Shown here: piece after piece, positions 18,301 through 28,729 of the stretch
Numbering within the stretch: the first letter of the stretch is position 1
Layout of the letters: each line of letters starts with the position of its first letter
Virus record (IMG/VR): IMGVR_UViG_3300048582_000084
Span: 1 to 64,000 of that record
Strand: one strand, 5' to 3'
DNA from: a virus
Length of the DNA: 64,000 nt
Made by a program: the position numbers and the translations under genes
Notes under the pieces: generated by a model
What the model saw: only the letters and a program-made list of their open reading frames with translations
The model's database searches: none
What the model was told of the DNA's origin: nothing

Positions 18301-21300
18301 TCCGGTCTGCCCGCCGCGAACTAGAGAGCATTGACCGGGCAATCGCAGAATTTGCCGCAAAATACTCGAATGCGATTAACATCCAAATTAACATGGATTT
18401 GGTGCGACGCGAACTTGCCGACGCCCCTAACACCGGCCAGAACGGTCGAAATGTTCAGCCTCTCTCCGGTGTAGATGCTCAGGGCAACCGGACAGGTGTA
18501 GACGGCACGACCGCGTCGGAGATTACACGAAACCCAACACCAGCCCGCGCGGCACAAGCCGTTCGCACCGCCCTGACCGAACACAACCTCGACCGCACTA
18601 TCGACGGCGGAAATCGCTTCGGTTTCGACGCTAGGGCCGTTAGCGACAGAGAGCTTATTACGCAACTACGCGGTAACCCTCTGTTCCGTAACCTTCTACC
18701 GGGAGCTTCCGCCGCTCTAGGTCGTGTCAACATAAACGAGGGGGGTGGAGGCAACGCAGCCCGACTGGGCAACGCTGTTGGTGAACTGGTTCAGGACATC
18801 AACCGCCAAGCCGACGCAGCGGGTGTCGCTGAGGGCGCCGCGAAGGCCTATGCTGATGCACTCAACCGGCTGAAAGACGCCGCAGCAAACGCGCAGGGCG
18901 GGATCGACATCAACGCGGCCAGCACTGAAGTACTGGCTGCCGTTACTCGTCGTCTTAACTCTGAGTACGAGGCGTTCAACCGCTATGCCGCGCAGGCAAT
19001 GGCGTCCAACAACGAAGTCGCTGATGCTTATATCCGTAGTTCTGAGGCAGGTCAGCAGGCCGAACTACGCATTCGCGCCATGACCGAAGCCCGTAAGACG
19101 GCTATTGAGTTCGAAGCCGACGGCGTAACTCGCACCGCTCTCTATAACCAGCGAGTGAACGAACTAATCACGACGCTGGGACAAGCTGAGCAGGCCGAAC
19201 GCGGTCTCGCCGCAGCGCGCGAAATTAGCCGCAACAATGATGAAATCGAAGTCCTTGAAGCCGAAAGCCGTCTAATCGCTTCCAACGCGGACGCCCGCGA
19301 GCGCGAGGTCGCGGCAATCCGCGCACGTCAGCAGGCCCGTGGGTCTGGTCGCGAGGATGCGGCTGGCCTCAGCGCCGCGCGTGTTGTCGAACTTCGGCAG
19401 CGGAACGAACTCATGTCTAACTCTTGGAATGAGATGGGCCGCGTCGCTGAACAAGCCTTCGAACGCGTCGGCTCCGCGATCACGGAAGCCTTCGCCAAGG
19501 GCGAAATTCGTGCGGTGAAGTTCAGCAACATCTACCGTGCCATCGTGTCTGAAATCATTCAGGCTACGCTGCGTATGGCGGTACTGAATCCTATTCTGAA
19601 CAGCGCTCTTGGTGGCTCTCGCCCTACGATGGCTGGGCTGTTCCAAGCGCAAGCTTCTGGGGCTGCTTCTAGCGGGTCCGGTAGCTCTGGTATCGTTGGC
19701 GGCGCTGCCAGTATTGCTGGTATGGGAACTTCTATCAACAACTGGTGGAACGGAACTTCCTCGACCTCTGCCGCCCCCGCGTCAGGCGCTTCGGGAGGCT
19801 TTGCCGGTCTAGCTGGCATCGGAGCGTCTATCAGCAACTGGTGGAATGGTACGCCAGCAACTGCTGCCGCTGCTTCTACCTACATGGGTCCAGGCGCATT
19901 GGCTGACGGCGCGGGCTTCCAGGCAGCAGGTGCTGGCGCCGCTCCAGCCGCCGCCTCGGGCGCAGCGGGCGGTGCTGGTAGCATGCTCGGCGGCATGGCC
20001 CTAGGCTTCGGTCTTGGGTCCATGGCTGGCGGTCTTGTCGCAGGCAACAGCCGTCCACGTCAGCAGAACGCTCAAATCGGCGCTGCTATCGGCGCCGTTG
20101 CTCTAGGCCCTATTGGGGGTCTCGCTGGCGGTCTAATCGGCGGCGCTATCGGCCCAGGCAACCCTCGGTCCTTTGGTCACGTCGGCGTCGAGAGCCGCGA
20201 CGGTCGTCTTGCTATCACAGGCAGCGGCGGAAAAAATACTGACGTCGAAGCTCTACTGAGTTCCGCTCGTCGCGAAATTGAGAGCCTGAACGATCAGCTC
20301 GATCAGCGCGGCTGGAGCCTCGGCGGCTCGACCTATCTCGGCAACGGCGTAGCCGACATCGAGCAGTTCGATACGCTGGGTGAAAGCACGGCACTGCGGC
20401 TGCGGACAGGCGACGCTAGGGTAGATGGAGCCATCGCCCGCGCTGATGGCGCGAGCCTGGAACGCCAGTTTTCGGTTGCCGAACGCGCCCAAAGTTTCGC
20501 AGACCAGCTTGACCAAATGACTAACGCGATCAAGGACGCCACCAATCCGCTTGGCGGCATCACGCGAGAATTTGACGAGCTATGGGAACAAGCCGACCGT
20601 CTGGGCTTTGGTTGGGATCAGGTCACAGAGGCTGCCAATAACGCGGTCGCTGAATTCAATCGTAACCGCTATCGCGCGAACGAAGACGCCGCTATGGGTT
20701 TCGAGGGTCGCGCCGCCGGTACTGATCGTGCCAAGCAACTAGCCGCTCAGCAGCGTTCTCTTCAAATCGAACAACAGCGGGAGCGTGAAGACCTAGAGCG
20801 GGAACTGATGGCTCTAGGCCTAGATGCTCAATGGGTTGCCAATCTTCGCCCAGAACTTGAGCGCGCGCAGGCTGTAGAGACGGCAGCGATGGTGAAGGCG
20901 TGGGAAGCTCTATGGCGCTCTCAGCGCGAAGCTGTTGAGGGTCTATCGATCCGTGCTGACCGCGCTCGCGCATCGGTCTCTGGTAACGCTATGGACGCGC
21001 AGGGTGCAGACCTTCGCGCCTTTGACCTCCAGGCGTCCGGTGAAATCATTGACACACGACAGGCCCTTCTCGACCTAGGCCTAGCGGCTGACGCCGTTGA
21101 AGCGGAAATCCTCAAGCTTATCGCTACGCACGGGCTGGAGCGGCAGGCTATTGCCGAAACTTACCAAGCCCGGCGCAACGCTATCGCGACGTCGCTCGAC
21201 GACCGACTGTTCGCGGCAACCACCGACACGCAGGGGCTTTCCGGAGCCTTGGCCGCGTTCGAACGGGCGGCTTCTCGGGAACGCGAGCAGGCTGCACGCG

Positions 21301-22523
21301 AGGGTCTTACGAACCTCGTCCAGCTAGAGGCTGTCCATGCGGCCGAGCGTGCTGACCTGATCGAAGAGTTCGCCCGTCAATCCGCTGATCGCATCCGTGC
21401 GCTGGGCGGGAGCATTCGGTCCTTCTTGGATGGTCTCAGCACCGACGCGAGCATCACATCGCCTCAGGATCGTCTGGCGGCTGCTCAAGAGCAGTTCGGG
21501 CGCGACCTGACGCTGGCGCGCGGCGGCGATGAAGAAGCTCTCGGGCGGATCACCGGAACAGCGGATACGCTGCTGACTGCGGGTAAGGACATGTACGCGT
21601 CCAGCCCGCAGTTTCAGGCCATTCTGTCTATGGTTCGGTCGAGCCTTGAAAACCTACCCGCCGTCAAGAACTACGACGCGCTTATTTTGGCTGAATTGCA
21701 GAGTCTTCGTGACGGTATCGCCGTCGGCGTTGATCTTGAGGTCTTCCGTGTTATCACGGAAGCTCTGAACGCGCTGTCTCCTGTGGACCGGGAACGCCTT
21801 ATCCAAGCTGCTACGGTTCTCCGCAACATCACGCAGACTGTTCAGACGCCGAACGGCGACTCTCTGATCACTGAAGCCAATATCACGCGGCAGATTCAGC
21901 TAGGCTTCGACTACGCTGTGGCTAACCAGTTCTCTTATCTGCACAACCTTGCGGATATTCGCATGTTTCTGTCGCATATTCGGGACATGGCTCGCGGCGG
22001 CGCTGGTGGTCTGCGTGTTACGACCTATCAGGCCAGCGGCGCGGCCAATGACGACTACGCTCGCGGATCGTCCAGCCAGATTAACCCACTGTTCAACCCA
22101 CTTCCGGCGAGAATCGGCGGCGTAGTCCGCAACTACGGCGGGCTTCAGTCCGGTGGATGGGTCGGGAACGGCGCATGGAACCGCGACAGTGTCATCGCTG
22201 GTTACGCGGGAGGCGGGTCGATCATGCTGGCCGGTGGTGAACATGTCACGAACGCTGTCCAGGCCGCTCGATATGAGCCCATTTTGAATAGCATCAATAC
22301 TGGCGACTATAACCCCAACTTCGGGGGAGGCGAGATGACAGCTCAGCTCTCCGCTCTAGCCTCTCAAGTTGCGATGCTTAACACTCAGGTCTCTAACCTA
22401 CGCGAAGAAGCCGCACGTACCGCTGAAGCAGCGGAGCGAACGGCCGACGCTGCGGAAGATACCGCAAAGACGAACAAGACAATGGCACGAAACGAAAGTG
22501 TCGCGGCTCGGAGGGTGGCGTAA
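15396..22523 (+). CDS. Tape measure protein
   Basis: 2375 aa, Ala-rich and helical; ALEQSMSKGKFMAEEVRLQMGDRLP tape-measure motif; TM segments; C-terminal SGG...GE motif. Confidence 0.95.
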   Translation: MSDIALKASIDFRDAEKQVNEFVNKTKKKMSEIMAAAAQRGGSLGGGVTGGGSPSRGGGRLNNIQNDIRMRWALERSYTSFWKKELDAKDRLSRVTNQAFERERKMRAQADRDNRAFDLRRERAAATLARANETAIERERKMRAQADRDNRAFDLRRERAAAALARTNETAIERERKMRAQADRDNLAFDLRRARAAAALSRANETAIERERKMRAQADRDNRSFDLRRERTAAQAIERERKMRAQADRDNLAFDLRKSRAAAALARTNETAIERERKMRAQADRDNLAFDLRKSRAAAALARTNETAIERERKMRAQADRDNLAFDLRRERAAAASSRNMGTADQSRARVIGGAENTALGVRNRIGRQLSDDPALQTRLINQLDGALRNYTGTVQTYGARSIEATRATVVWNRELQNIRGTIAEKGGLLRTLNTNTETLRSSIGSLGTGFGSLNRLMLNTQVVLSGLTAALGLREVLDAIQVFERFSNTLRTVSASTGEFQQNMAFLFGEADRIGFSVGEVGNAFARLSVAMSGAGFSTEETRRAFTGLSEASRNFGITSADTNGIIRALEQSMSKGKFMAEEVRLQMGDRLPIAMAALKAAMERVDGGIVDVNKRFEEGTIDVRRYAMAFVEEINRMSGGAEALQRTSTSLSAAFGRLSTEFLRFSQALGEGGLTNATITVTENLRNLMETARESGALNVLGDVLEKLANSMNLFVAAGVALGALFAGRMVQALISFAAAASPVVRVLSLLAGGAVLAFEMIDRVTSSGRAFNTFNSAMRDFNTSAENVRGTISQFNNVLSQNTQQLSSSSTAVERRIEALRRLGEGEAEATRIAAAEERRRIQIRAESMRADLARAEAAQATQNRQALGRTGRAFVDGFNNSRAIANSPRFNNIADDASAHVVARYNAGIQVVTDFTSGVLTAREAVRKLNETFADGTMPSEIDAIRRAINEASMSEQFTASEEAIRSARRELESIDRAIAEFAAKYSNAINIQINMDLVRRELADAPNTGQNGRNVQPLSGVDAQGNRTGVDGTTASEITRNPTPARAAQAVRTALTEHNLDRTIDGGNRFGFDARAVSDRELITQLRGNPLFRNLLPGASAALGRVNINEGGGGNAARLGNAVGELVQDINRQADAAGVAEGAAKAYADALNRLKDAAANAQGGIDINAASTEVLAAVTRRLNSEYEAFNRYAAQAMASNNEVADAYIRSSEAGQQAELRIRAMTEARKTAIEFEADGVTRTALYNQRVNELITTLGQAEQAERGLAAAREISRNNDEIEVLEAESRLIASNADAREREVAAIRARQQARGSGREDAAGLSAARVVELRQRNELMSNSWNEMGRVAEQAFERVGSAITEAFAKGEIRAVKFSNIYRAIVSEIIQATLRMAVLNPILNSALGGSRPTMAGLFQAQASGAASSGSGSSGIVGGAASIAGMGTSINNWWNGTSSTSAAPASGASGGFAGLAGIGASISNWWNGTPATAAAASTYMGPGALADGAGFQAAGAGAAPAAASGAAGGAGSMLGGMALGFGLGSMAGGLVAGNSRPRQQNAQIGAAIGAVALGPIGGLAGGLIGGAIGPGNPRSFGHVGVESRDGRLAITGSGGKNTDVEALLSSARREIESLNDQLDQRGWSLGGSTYLGNGVADIEQFDTLGESTALRLRTGDARVDGAIARADGASLERQFSVAERAQSFADQLDQMTNAIKDATNPLGGITREFDELWEQADRLGFGWDQVTEAANNAVAEFNRNRYRANEDAAMGFEGRAAGTDRAKQLAAQQRSLQIEQQREREDLERELMALGLDAQWVANLRPELERAQAVETAAMVKAWEALWRSQREAVEGLSIRADRARASVSGNAMDAQGADLRAFDLQASGEIIDTRQALLDLGLAADAVEAEILKLIATHGLERQAIAETYQARRNAIATSLDDRLFAATTDTQGLSGALAAFERAASREREQAAREGLTNLVQLEAVHAAERADLIEEFARQSADRIRALGGSIRSFLDGLSTDASITSPQDRLAAAQEQFGRDLTLARGGDEEALGRITGTADTLLTAGKDMYASSPQFQAILSMVRSSLENLPAVKNYDALILAELQSLRDGIAVGVDLEVFRVITEALNALSPVDRERLIQAATVLRNITQTVQTPNGDSLITEANITRQIQLGFDYAVANQFSYLHNLADIRMFLSHIRDMARGGAGGLRVTTYQASGAANDDYARGSSSQINPLFNPLPARIGGVVRNYGGLQSGGWVGNGAWNRDSVIAGYAGGGSIMLAGGEHVTNAVQAARYEPILNSINTGDYNPNFGGGEMTAQLSALASQVAMLNTQVSNLREEAARTAEAAERTADAAEDTAKTNKTMARNESVAARRVA
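15690..16400 (+). repeat. 108-bp (36-aa) tandem repeat in the tape measure, about 7 copies
   Basis: AIERERKMRAQADRDN(R/L)AFDLR.. repeated; one copy shortened. Confidence 0.95.
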
Positions 22524-25252
22524 TGCCTTACCTCCTCCGCGCGCAGCCTTACGATGAGGCTCTCCCAGGTATCCGAAGCCTATATTTCAGTGATGTGGGC
22601 TTCACTACCACTCCCGCAGAATCACCCGCGAACGTCTACTGGGACCGCCGTATTGAGGTTCCTTTGGTAGTTCAGCAGAGCCTATTCTCGGACAGTTCGG
22701 TCGGTGGTCGGAGCGAGATCAGCTTCGGTCGCATCAGTCTGGCTAACGATGACGGCGCTCTAAATGTTCTTGGAGATTACGACTGGGACGGTCGCCTCAT
22801 TGAGGTACTGTACACAGAAAAAGAACGGCCGGTTTATGCTGATTTCATTGCTGTTTTCAGCGGCACCGCCGAGCAGTTTCTTCTTGGTGATATCGTTGAG
22901 ATTGAGGTCCGAGACCTTCAAATTCTGTTTGAAGAGCCATTTCAGCCGAGCAAATTCCTTGGAACAGGCGGCGTCGAAGGCCCTACCGAGTACACCGGTC
23001 GCCGTAAACCTCACCTTCTCGGGACAAAAAGACAGTTCACGCCGTTGCCTCTTGATCCCGCAAATCTAGTGTGGTGCTACCACAGCGGTCCAGCAGGCGG
23101 CGTCCTGGGAGTTAAGGACTCTGGCGCCGATCTCCCCTATGCGGGCGACTACCCGAGCTACGCCGCGCTTATCGCTGCGTCCATCCCTGCTGGTCAATAT
23201 GCGACATGTAATGCTCTTGGACTTCTGCGTTTGAATGCTCCACCAATCGGCGTACTCACTATTGATGCTGAGGGTCAGCGCGAAAATCTTCTGATTTCTC
23301 CTTTCACGCTGACCCGCACTCAAGCGGGCGGCGCGTCTTCGACTGCATTGAACAGCGACGGTTTGACTTGGCGCGAGTATGTCGCCAACGCCGCGCGCAC
23401 GAACGGAACCGCACGCGGTCGCCTTCTTGAGGGCGAACGGACCAACGGTATCCGGAACATTCGGGCAGAGGGCACAGCGGGCGCACTTCCTACCAACTGG
23501 GCACGCGTCAACGCCGGATCGGGTGTTAATCCTACATATTCCGCGATTACAGCGAACGGTATGACAGGACTTCGAATCACATATGTCGGAACCACCGCAG
23601 GCGTTCCGGGTACGGAAACTATCGAGTTCGATGGGCGAACTCCCGGTATTTTCGCCGCGAACGCGGGGGTTCTTATCAACAGCTCGTTTTTCTACCGCCT
23701 ATCCAGTGGAGCCCTGCCTGTAGGCGCTCCGGTTGTACAGAATCGAATTGTTACCTTCAACAATGCTGGCACTGTTATCGCCGCTACTGGTCAAAATTTT
23801 ACGGCGTTGGATGGTGACATTCGCAGGACTTCCCACACCCACACCCCCGCCGCAGGCGTTGGAGTAAACGGTAGAGCTATCAGCGGTATTCACTTTGGGA
23901 CGTGGCCCGCGAGTACTGCTGTAAATTTTTCTATCGACGTTTTTTGGCCGCAACTTGAGACGGGGTGGTCTGCCTCGTCCCCAATTCTTCCGACAAGCGG
24001 CACTCCCGCTTCGGCTACTCGCGGTTCCGATATTGTTTCTGCTCCTTTGTCTTCCTTGGGTGTACCTTCGACGGGAACATGCACGGTTCTGTGGAGTGGC
24101 GTAATTCCACAACAATCCCCGACAGGTTTTGGTCAAAACCTAGTACAGCTTGAACAAACTGGCTCAGACGCCAACAGCTATAGGCTCCGCAACCCCGCTG
24201 CCAGCAACAGTATTGATTTGATGCGAGTCAACGCAGGCGTTGTTAGCAGCATCTCTCTTGGCACGATGACTCCGGGCACGGCGTTTAGAGCGGGTTTCGT
24301 TATCAACGGTTCTGGCCGAATGGCTGGAAGTTTCAACGGCGGCGCGGTTCAAGCCGTGACTGGAGGCGTGACGACAGGCCTGACGGACATGCGGGTTGGA
24401 AACATTGTCAGCGGACTACAACCGCTGTTCGGTGATGTTGCTGTGTTCCGTGTGCTTCCATACGCCCTATCAGACGCGGACCTCCAAACCGCAGTTGCGG
24501 CCCTGCCCGTCGTTAATGGGACGCTGAAAACTTTTGCCGATATCGCCCAGCACAGTATTCTTCGCTCTGTCCCTCTGACCCTCGCAGATTTCAACCCGAC
24601 GACTGTAAGTGCGCTGAACACTAGCTGTTCGCAAGGCCTAGGTTACTGGTACGGTGGAGATTCCGAAGAACCACTACGTGGTGTACTGGACACACTCGCG
24701 TCGAGTGTGGGCGTTTATTACGGGTTTGACGAGTCGAGGAAGATTTTCTTCGGACGGTTCGAGGCTCCAGCCGTCACGCCTGACTATGTGTTTAGTGAGC
24801 GAGACATTTACGACCTTCAACCTATCCCAGCGGATCGCCGCCTCAAGACTCAGATCGTAGCGTGGGGAGAGCGCGTCAGGCCTCTGGAAGATCAAGAGAT
24901 TGCCGGTACCATTACTGGAACCTCACGAACCGCTTTGATGGAGAAGTGGCGGCTTGAGACCCATACAAGTTCTTCTGTCGCGACAGCTTCCCTACTCGCG
25001 CGCGAAGAACGCATTGATAGCTCCTTCGACGTCCTTGCGGATGCTCAGAACGAAGCGCAGCGCCGTGTTGCGCTCTTTGGTCCACGCCGTCAGGCGTTCA
25101 CCGTGGAGGTCCCATTCACGCCGAACCTGCGACCAGGGCATACTGTCGAACTTCAAGACAGTCGCCTCATCGGTGTGGCTAAGCGCTTTCGGGTTCTTAA
25201 GATCGAGCGAGACGCGTCCGAGCAGAGAGTTACAATGGAAGTTTGGGGATGA
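22523..25252 (+). CDS. Tail tip/hub protein with an inserted ~400-aa domain
   Basis: 909 aa directly after the tape measure; central part is paralogous to the 26860-28119 product. Confidence 0.75.
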   Translation: MPYLLRAQPYDEALPGIRSLYFSDVGFTTTPAESPANVYWDRRIEVPLVVQQSLFSDSSVGGRSEISFGRISLANDDGALNVLGDYDWDGRLIEVLYTEKERPVYADFIAVFSGTAEQFLLGDIVEIEVRDLQILFEEPFQPSKFLGTGGVEGPTEYTGRRKPHLLGTKRQFTPLPLDPANLVWCYHSGPAGGVLGVKDSGADLPYAGDYPSYAALIAASIPAGQYATCNALGLLRLNAPPIGVLTIDAEGQRENLLISPFTLTRTQAGGASSTALNSDGLTWREYVANAARTNGTARGRLLEGERTNGIRNIRAEGTAGALPTNWARVNAGSGVNPTYSAITANGMTGLRITYVGTTAGVPGTETIEFDGRTPGIFAANAGVLINSSFFYRLSSGALPVGAPVVQNRIVTFNNAGTVIAATGQNFTALDGDIRRTSHTHTPAAGVGVNGRAISGIHFGTWPASTAVNFSIDVFWPQLETGWSASSPILPTSGTPASATRGSDIVSAPLSSLGVPSTGTCTVLWSGVIPQQSPTGFGQNLVQLEQTGSDANSYRLRNPAASNSIDLMRVNAGVVSSISLGTMTPGTAFRAGFVINGSGRMAGSFNGGAVQAVTGGVTTGLTDMRVGNIVSGLQPLFGDVAVFRVLPYALSDADLQTAVAALPVVNGTLKTFADIAQHSILRSVPLTLADFNPTTVSALNTSCSQGLGYWYGGDSEEPLRGVLDTLASSVGVYYGFDESRKIFFGRFEAPAVTPDYVFSERDIYDLQPIPADRRLKTQIVAWGERVRPLEDQEIAGTITGTSRTALMEKWRLETHTSSSVATASLLAREERIDSSFDVLADAQNEAQRRVALFGPRRQAFTVEVPFTPNLRPGHTVELQDSRLIGVAKRFRVLKIERDASEQRVTMEVWG

Positions 25253-25327
25253 CAAAAAATGTGGTATAATCCGGTCCTTAGGGCTTAAAGCACTTTAGCC
25301 CCTTCATGTTTTCCCCTACCCAACGCT

Positions 25328-26206
25328 ATGCCCCGAGAGGCGATTTTGTCTAATCTTTCTATATTGTGGCGAAAGCCGACAGATTCTGGGACATTCAGCG
25401 GCGGTTCCTGGGCGGCTGGGCTACCGCTAAACAATCTGAAAACCGCAGACGTAAAGCAGGTTGCTAGGTCAACGAACGCAACCACAGCGTTTACTCAGTT
25501 TCGCGTCGATTGCGGCCTACCCATGAACGCTATTTCTATGTTCGCTGTCCTGAATCACAACATGTCTACTTCAGCTAGAATTAGATATGTAGTCACCAAC
25601 AGCGAGACGGACGTTGTCCTTGATCGCGTCTATGACAGCGGACTAATTCCCGTATGGGTTCCTACAGTCGGGTTTGGAACCCTGCCTTGGGGTGTAATGC
25701 CCTGGGACGGTATCTCAACTGATGGGTATCCCGGAGGCACTATCTGCTTTCATTTGGCGCCCGAACCTTACTATGGACGATACATTTTTATCTACATCGA
25801 GGATACGGCGAACCCGTCCGGATACATCGAAATTGGTAGGTTCCTCGCGGGAGAAGCGTGGTCTCCCGCCATCAACATGTCCTATGGCGCAGCTATTCAA
25901 GTTGTCGATCCCTCGGAAAGCCGCAGAACACGCGGCGGTAGGAAGATTGTCCAAGAGCGACCAAAGTATCGAACCCTCAATCTTACACTAGAGGATCAGA
26001 ATCAGTACGATTCTCTCAGTGTTGTTTTTGAAATATCCCGACAAGTTGGGAAGGGGGGTAACATGCTTGTTGTATATGACGTAGATGACAACTCTTCGAT
26101 ACTTTTCCGTCGCACATTCTACGGTTCTCTTGTCGATACTGCCCCCATTTCTCAGACATACTACGATTCTTATTCGACAGAGTTCTCCTTAGAAGAGCTT
26201 ATCTAA
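25328..26206 (+). CDS. Tail structural protein
   Basis: 292 aa; LPLNNL, LNHN, YIEIGR and EELI end are typical of this tail module. Confidence 0.7.
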   Translation: MPREAILSNLSILWRKPTDSGTFSGGSWAAGLPLNNLKTADVKQVARSTNATTAFTQFRVDCGLPMNAISMFAVLNHNMSTSARIRYVVTNSETDVVLDRVYDSGLIPVWVPTVGFGTLPWGVMPWDGISTDGYPGGTICFHLAPEPYYGRYIFIYIEDTANPSGYIEIGRFLAGEAWSPAINMSYGAAIQVVDPSESRRTRGGRKIVQERPKYRTLNLTLEDQNQYDSLSVVFEISRQVGKGGNMLVVYDVDDNSSILFRRTFYGSLVDTAPISQTYYDSYSTEFSLEELI

Positions 26207-26239
26207 AATTCACTACACACCTTACTGGAGATTCTTTAG

Positions 26240-26857
26240 TTGACTTACCCTGTAACTTTCGGCGGGGAGACTTTCGTCGAATCTGATTTCACTGGTTACG
26301 CCTACACCAACAACTGGGAGCGTTTTCTGACTGCTTATGCCCAGGCCGGTCAGGACGTCGAAGACCTCATTGCAGCAAGCACAGTATCTTTTGAAGGTAT
26401 CCGTGAGGCGTCCGAAGACGCTAGGGACGCTTCCGCCGGGTCGGCCGCAGCAGCAGCGGCGTCTCTTGCAGCGGCTCAACTCCTCACAGGAGGCTCGCAA
26501 GGCATCGGGCCGGGCGCACTTTCGCTTCCCCGTGGTATCGATCTAGGGGATGCGGCTTACTGGGACAGCATGTCACTCGCTGGGCGGTTCATCCTTCAGC
26601 AGAACACATCCTATCAGATGGTGCCTCAGGACTTTAGGAAGCTACTGTTGGGCCTAAGCGGGGCGCCTACATACACACTACCCCTGGCAAGCGATGTTCC
26701 CATCGGGTGGTGGGTAGAAGTTAAAGCGCGCGGTACCACAATCACGGTTGCCCGAGCCGGGGCGGATACCGTTGACGGTACCACATCTCTTTCTATCACA
26801 ACTGGTACAGCTCGGCGGATAGTCCGAAGCGGCGCCACTTCGTTTGAGTCGATCTAA
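26240..26857 (+). CDS. Tail-associated protein
   Basis: C-terminal YTLP..GWWV..ITV..AGADTVDG fibre-type motif. Confidence 0.65.
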   Translation: MTYPVTFGGETFVESDFTGYAYTNNWERFLTAYAQAGQDVEDLIAASTVSFEGIREASEDARDASAGSAAAAAASLAAAQLLTGGSQGIGPGALSLPRGIDLGDAAYWDSMSLAGRFILQQNTSYQMVPQDFRKLLLGLSGAPTYTLPLASDVPIGWWVEVKARGTTITVARAGADTVDGTTSLSITTGTARRIVRSGATSFESI

Positions 26858-26859
26858 AC

Positions 26860-28119
26860 ATGAGCATTATTCGACCATCTCTGATGATGGACTTTTCGGC
26901 AACAAACCGCCGTATTCCTCCAACTTTGTCTTTCTCCCGCACAAGCGGCGCGACGGTCCTAGGAAATGCTGGTTCTTGGAGAGAGGTCCCAGCCAACGTG
27001 CCGCGTTTTCAGCACGACCCTATTACTGGGGCCTGCCTAGGAATTTTGCGGGAAGCTAGCACAACAAACAACAACCGGAACCCTCGCGGCGAGGGAACCG
27101 GCGGCACGTCGGGTGCGCCCACTAATTGGGTTGTTGGTTTGGGTGGTCTCACTCTTACTAAGGTCGGGAATTTCGTAGTTAACGGTGTTGACGTAACTCG
27201 CCTCCGCTTGAACGGCACAGCGTCTGGTGTGACGGCAACGGTGGATTTCGAAACCACAACTGGGATCGTTGCTGCACCTAGCCAGTCTTGGACTAGCAGC
27301 TTCTTTTATCGTACTTTTAGCGGTTCTGGTGCCCCCAACAACTATCGCTTCCGAATGAACGGCAGAACGGCTGCTGGCGCGGGAGTTAGCGGTAACTCGT
27401 TTAACACTACGATTTTCTCTCCAACTTCTGTTCTTACACGGTACGAGCGCTCGGAGACACTGACTTCGGACGTTTCTATCGAACGAGTGACTAATGGCGT
27501 TCAGTTCGACCTAACAAATGGAGCGGCTTACGACTTCACTTTTGATGTCGGTTGGCCGCAGATGGAGCTAGGCCTTTTCGCGTCTTCCCCCGTTCTTCCT
27601 CCAGTTGGCGCACCCGCCGCTACAGCGCGTTCTGCCGACAGCATCTCGCTAGCCCTAGCTGACTTTGGGCTGGCTTCCCTTCCAGAGTACACGGTAGTTG
27701 CTTCCGCGCTTGCGGGGTCGTCTACTATCTCTACTAACCAGTCTATCGTTGAGCTGCATAACGGCACTGCGGACGAAGTCATCCAGTTGGTTCGCCGGGG
27801 ATCAGGCGGCAACGCCCGTGGTTTTGTGATCACCAGTGGTGTCGAACAGGGACCACTCGACGCAAACCTTATTTCTATTCCTACCGGGGCCGCTTACACG
27901 GTAGCGTTCGGTGTCAAGTCCAACGATCTTGCGATCACTTTTAACGGCTCTGCTGTGGCCATTGATACCAGCGCTGCTGTACCAACGGTCCTCACTACTA
28001 TGCACCTAGGTGGCGCCCGCGCCGGTGACCGCGCTATTGCGAGTACTTTGCGCCGTGTTGCTGTTTACCCGCGCCGCCTAACAAACGCTCAACTTCAGAC
28101 GATTGCGGCGGGAGTCTAA
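26860..28119 (+). CDS. Fibre/spike protein with carbohydrate-binding and LamG-like domains
   Basis: FSRTS.AT..NVPRF..G.L.E...TN, ATARSAD, YPRRLTNAQLQ. Confidence 0.75.
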   Translation: MSIIRPSLMMDFSATNRRIPPTLSFSRTSGATVLGNAGSWREVPANVPRFQHDPITGACLGILREASTTNNNRNPRGEGTGGTSGAPTNWVVGLGGLTLTKVGNFVVNGVDVTRLRLNGTASGVTATVDFETTTGIVAAPSQSWTSSFFYRTFSGSGAPNNYRFRMNGRTAAGAGVSGNSFNTTIFSPTSVLTRYERSETLTSDVSIERVTNGVQFDLTNGAAYDFTFDVGWPQMELGLFASSPVLPPVGAPAATARSADSISLALADFGLASLPEYTVVASALAGSSTISTNQSIVELHNGTADEVIQLVRRGSGGNARGFVITSGVEQGPLDANLISIPTGAAYTVAFGVKSNDLAITFNGSAVAIDTSAAVPTVLTTMHLGGARAGDRAIASTLRRVAVYPRRLTNAQLQTIAAGV

Positions 28120-28124
28120 TCACT

Positions 28125-28661
28125 ATGCAGTACACTTACTACCGTTGGGCTGATCGTTCTTCCTGGCTCGCCGCCGCAGATTCCGCTGGTTGGGACCTCG
28201 ATCACTCGGGGTCTCCGCTAGTTGAGGGTGTAGAAGCCATCGCAGGGCTCGCTCCTTCACCCGAAGGCGAGCCCTCTGACACGCGTTGGCATCTCGTTCT
28301 AGCGACGTCTTCCGAGCTACCGGAAGCCATCACCTCGGCTGAGCAGCCTACCACTGACGCGCCATTCTGGTGGTCTGGTGTCCCTCGCGAAGTGGCGGCT
28401 CCGGTCTCTCTGGCGCTTCCAGACCTAACGGCTAGACAGCTACGCCTCGGCCTTCTTCTGGTTCTCGGGATGACTGCCGCCGACGTTGAGTCCCTAATCG
28501 AGAGCATCCCAGATGCCACGCAGCGTCAGGTCGCCCACATCGAGTGGGAGTACGCTACGACCTACGTTCGGACGCACCCCCTCATTACTACCATTTCGTC
28601 TGCTCTAGGGCTGACAGACGCTCAGATTGATTCGGCTTGGGTATACTCCGCTTCGCTGTAA
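28125..28661 (+). CDS. Tail fibre assembly-associated protein
   Basis: LTARQLRL, EWEYA..RTHP, LGLTDAQID motifs. Confidence 0.7.
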   Translation: MQYTYYRWADRSSWLAAADSAGWDLDHSGSPLVEGVEAIAGLAPSPEGEPSDTRWHLVLATSSELPEAITSAEQPTTDAPFWWSGVPREVAAPVSLALPDLTARQLRLGLLLVLGMTAADVESLIESIPDATQRQVAHIEWEYATTYVRTHPLITTISSALGLTDAQIDSAWVYSASL

Positions 28662-28694
28662 CCATCTGATAAATCTACAAACTCAATCTCGTTC

Positions 28695-28729
28695 AGCCGC
28701 ACGATCTATGGTCGTGCGGTTTTCTTTTT
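28695..28729 (+). terminator. Terminator ending the late operon
   Basis: CCGCACGA/TCGTGCGG followed by a T-run. Confidence 0.8.

Noticed and set aside
23295-28119. Diversity-generating retroelement or invertible fibre switch
   Set aside because: No reverse transcriptase or invertase; similarity is at protein level only, with no TR/VR-like DNA pair seen
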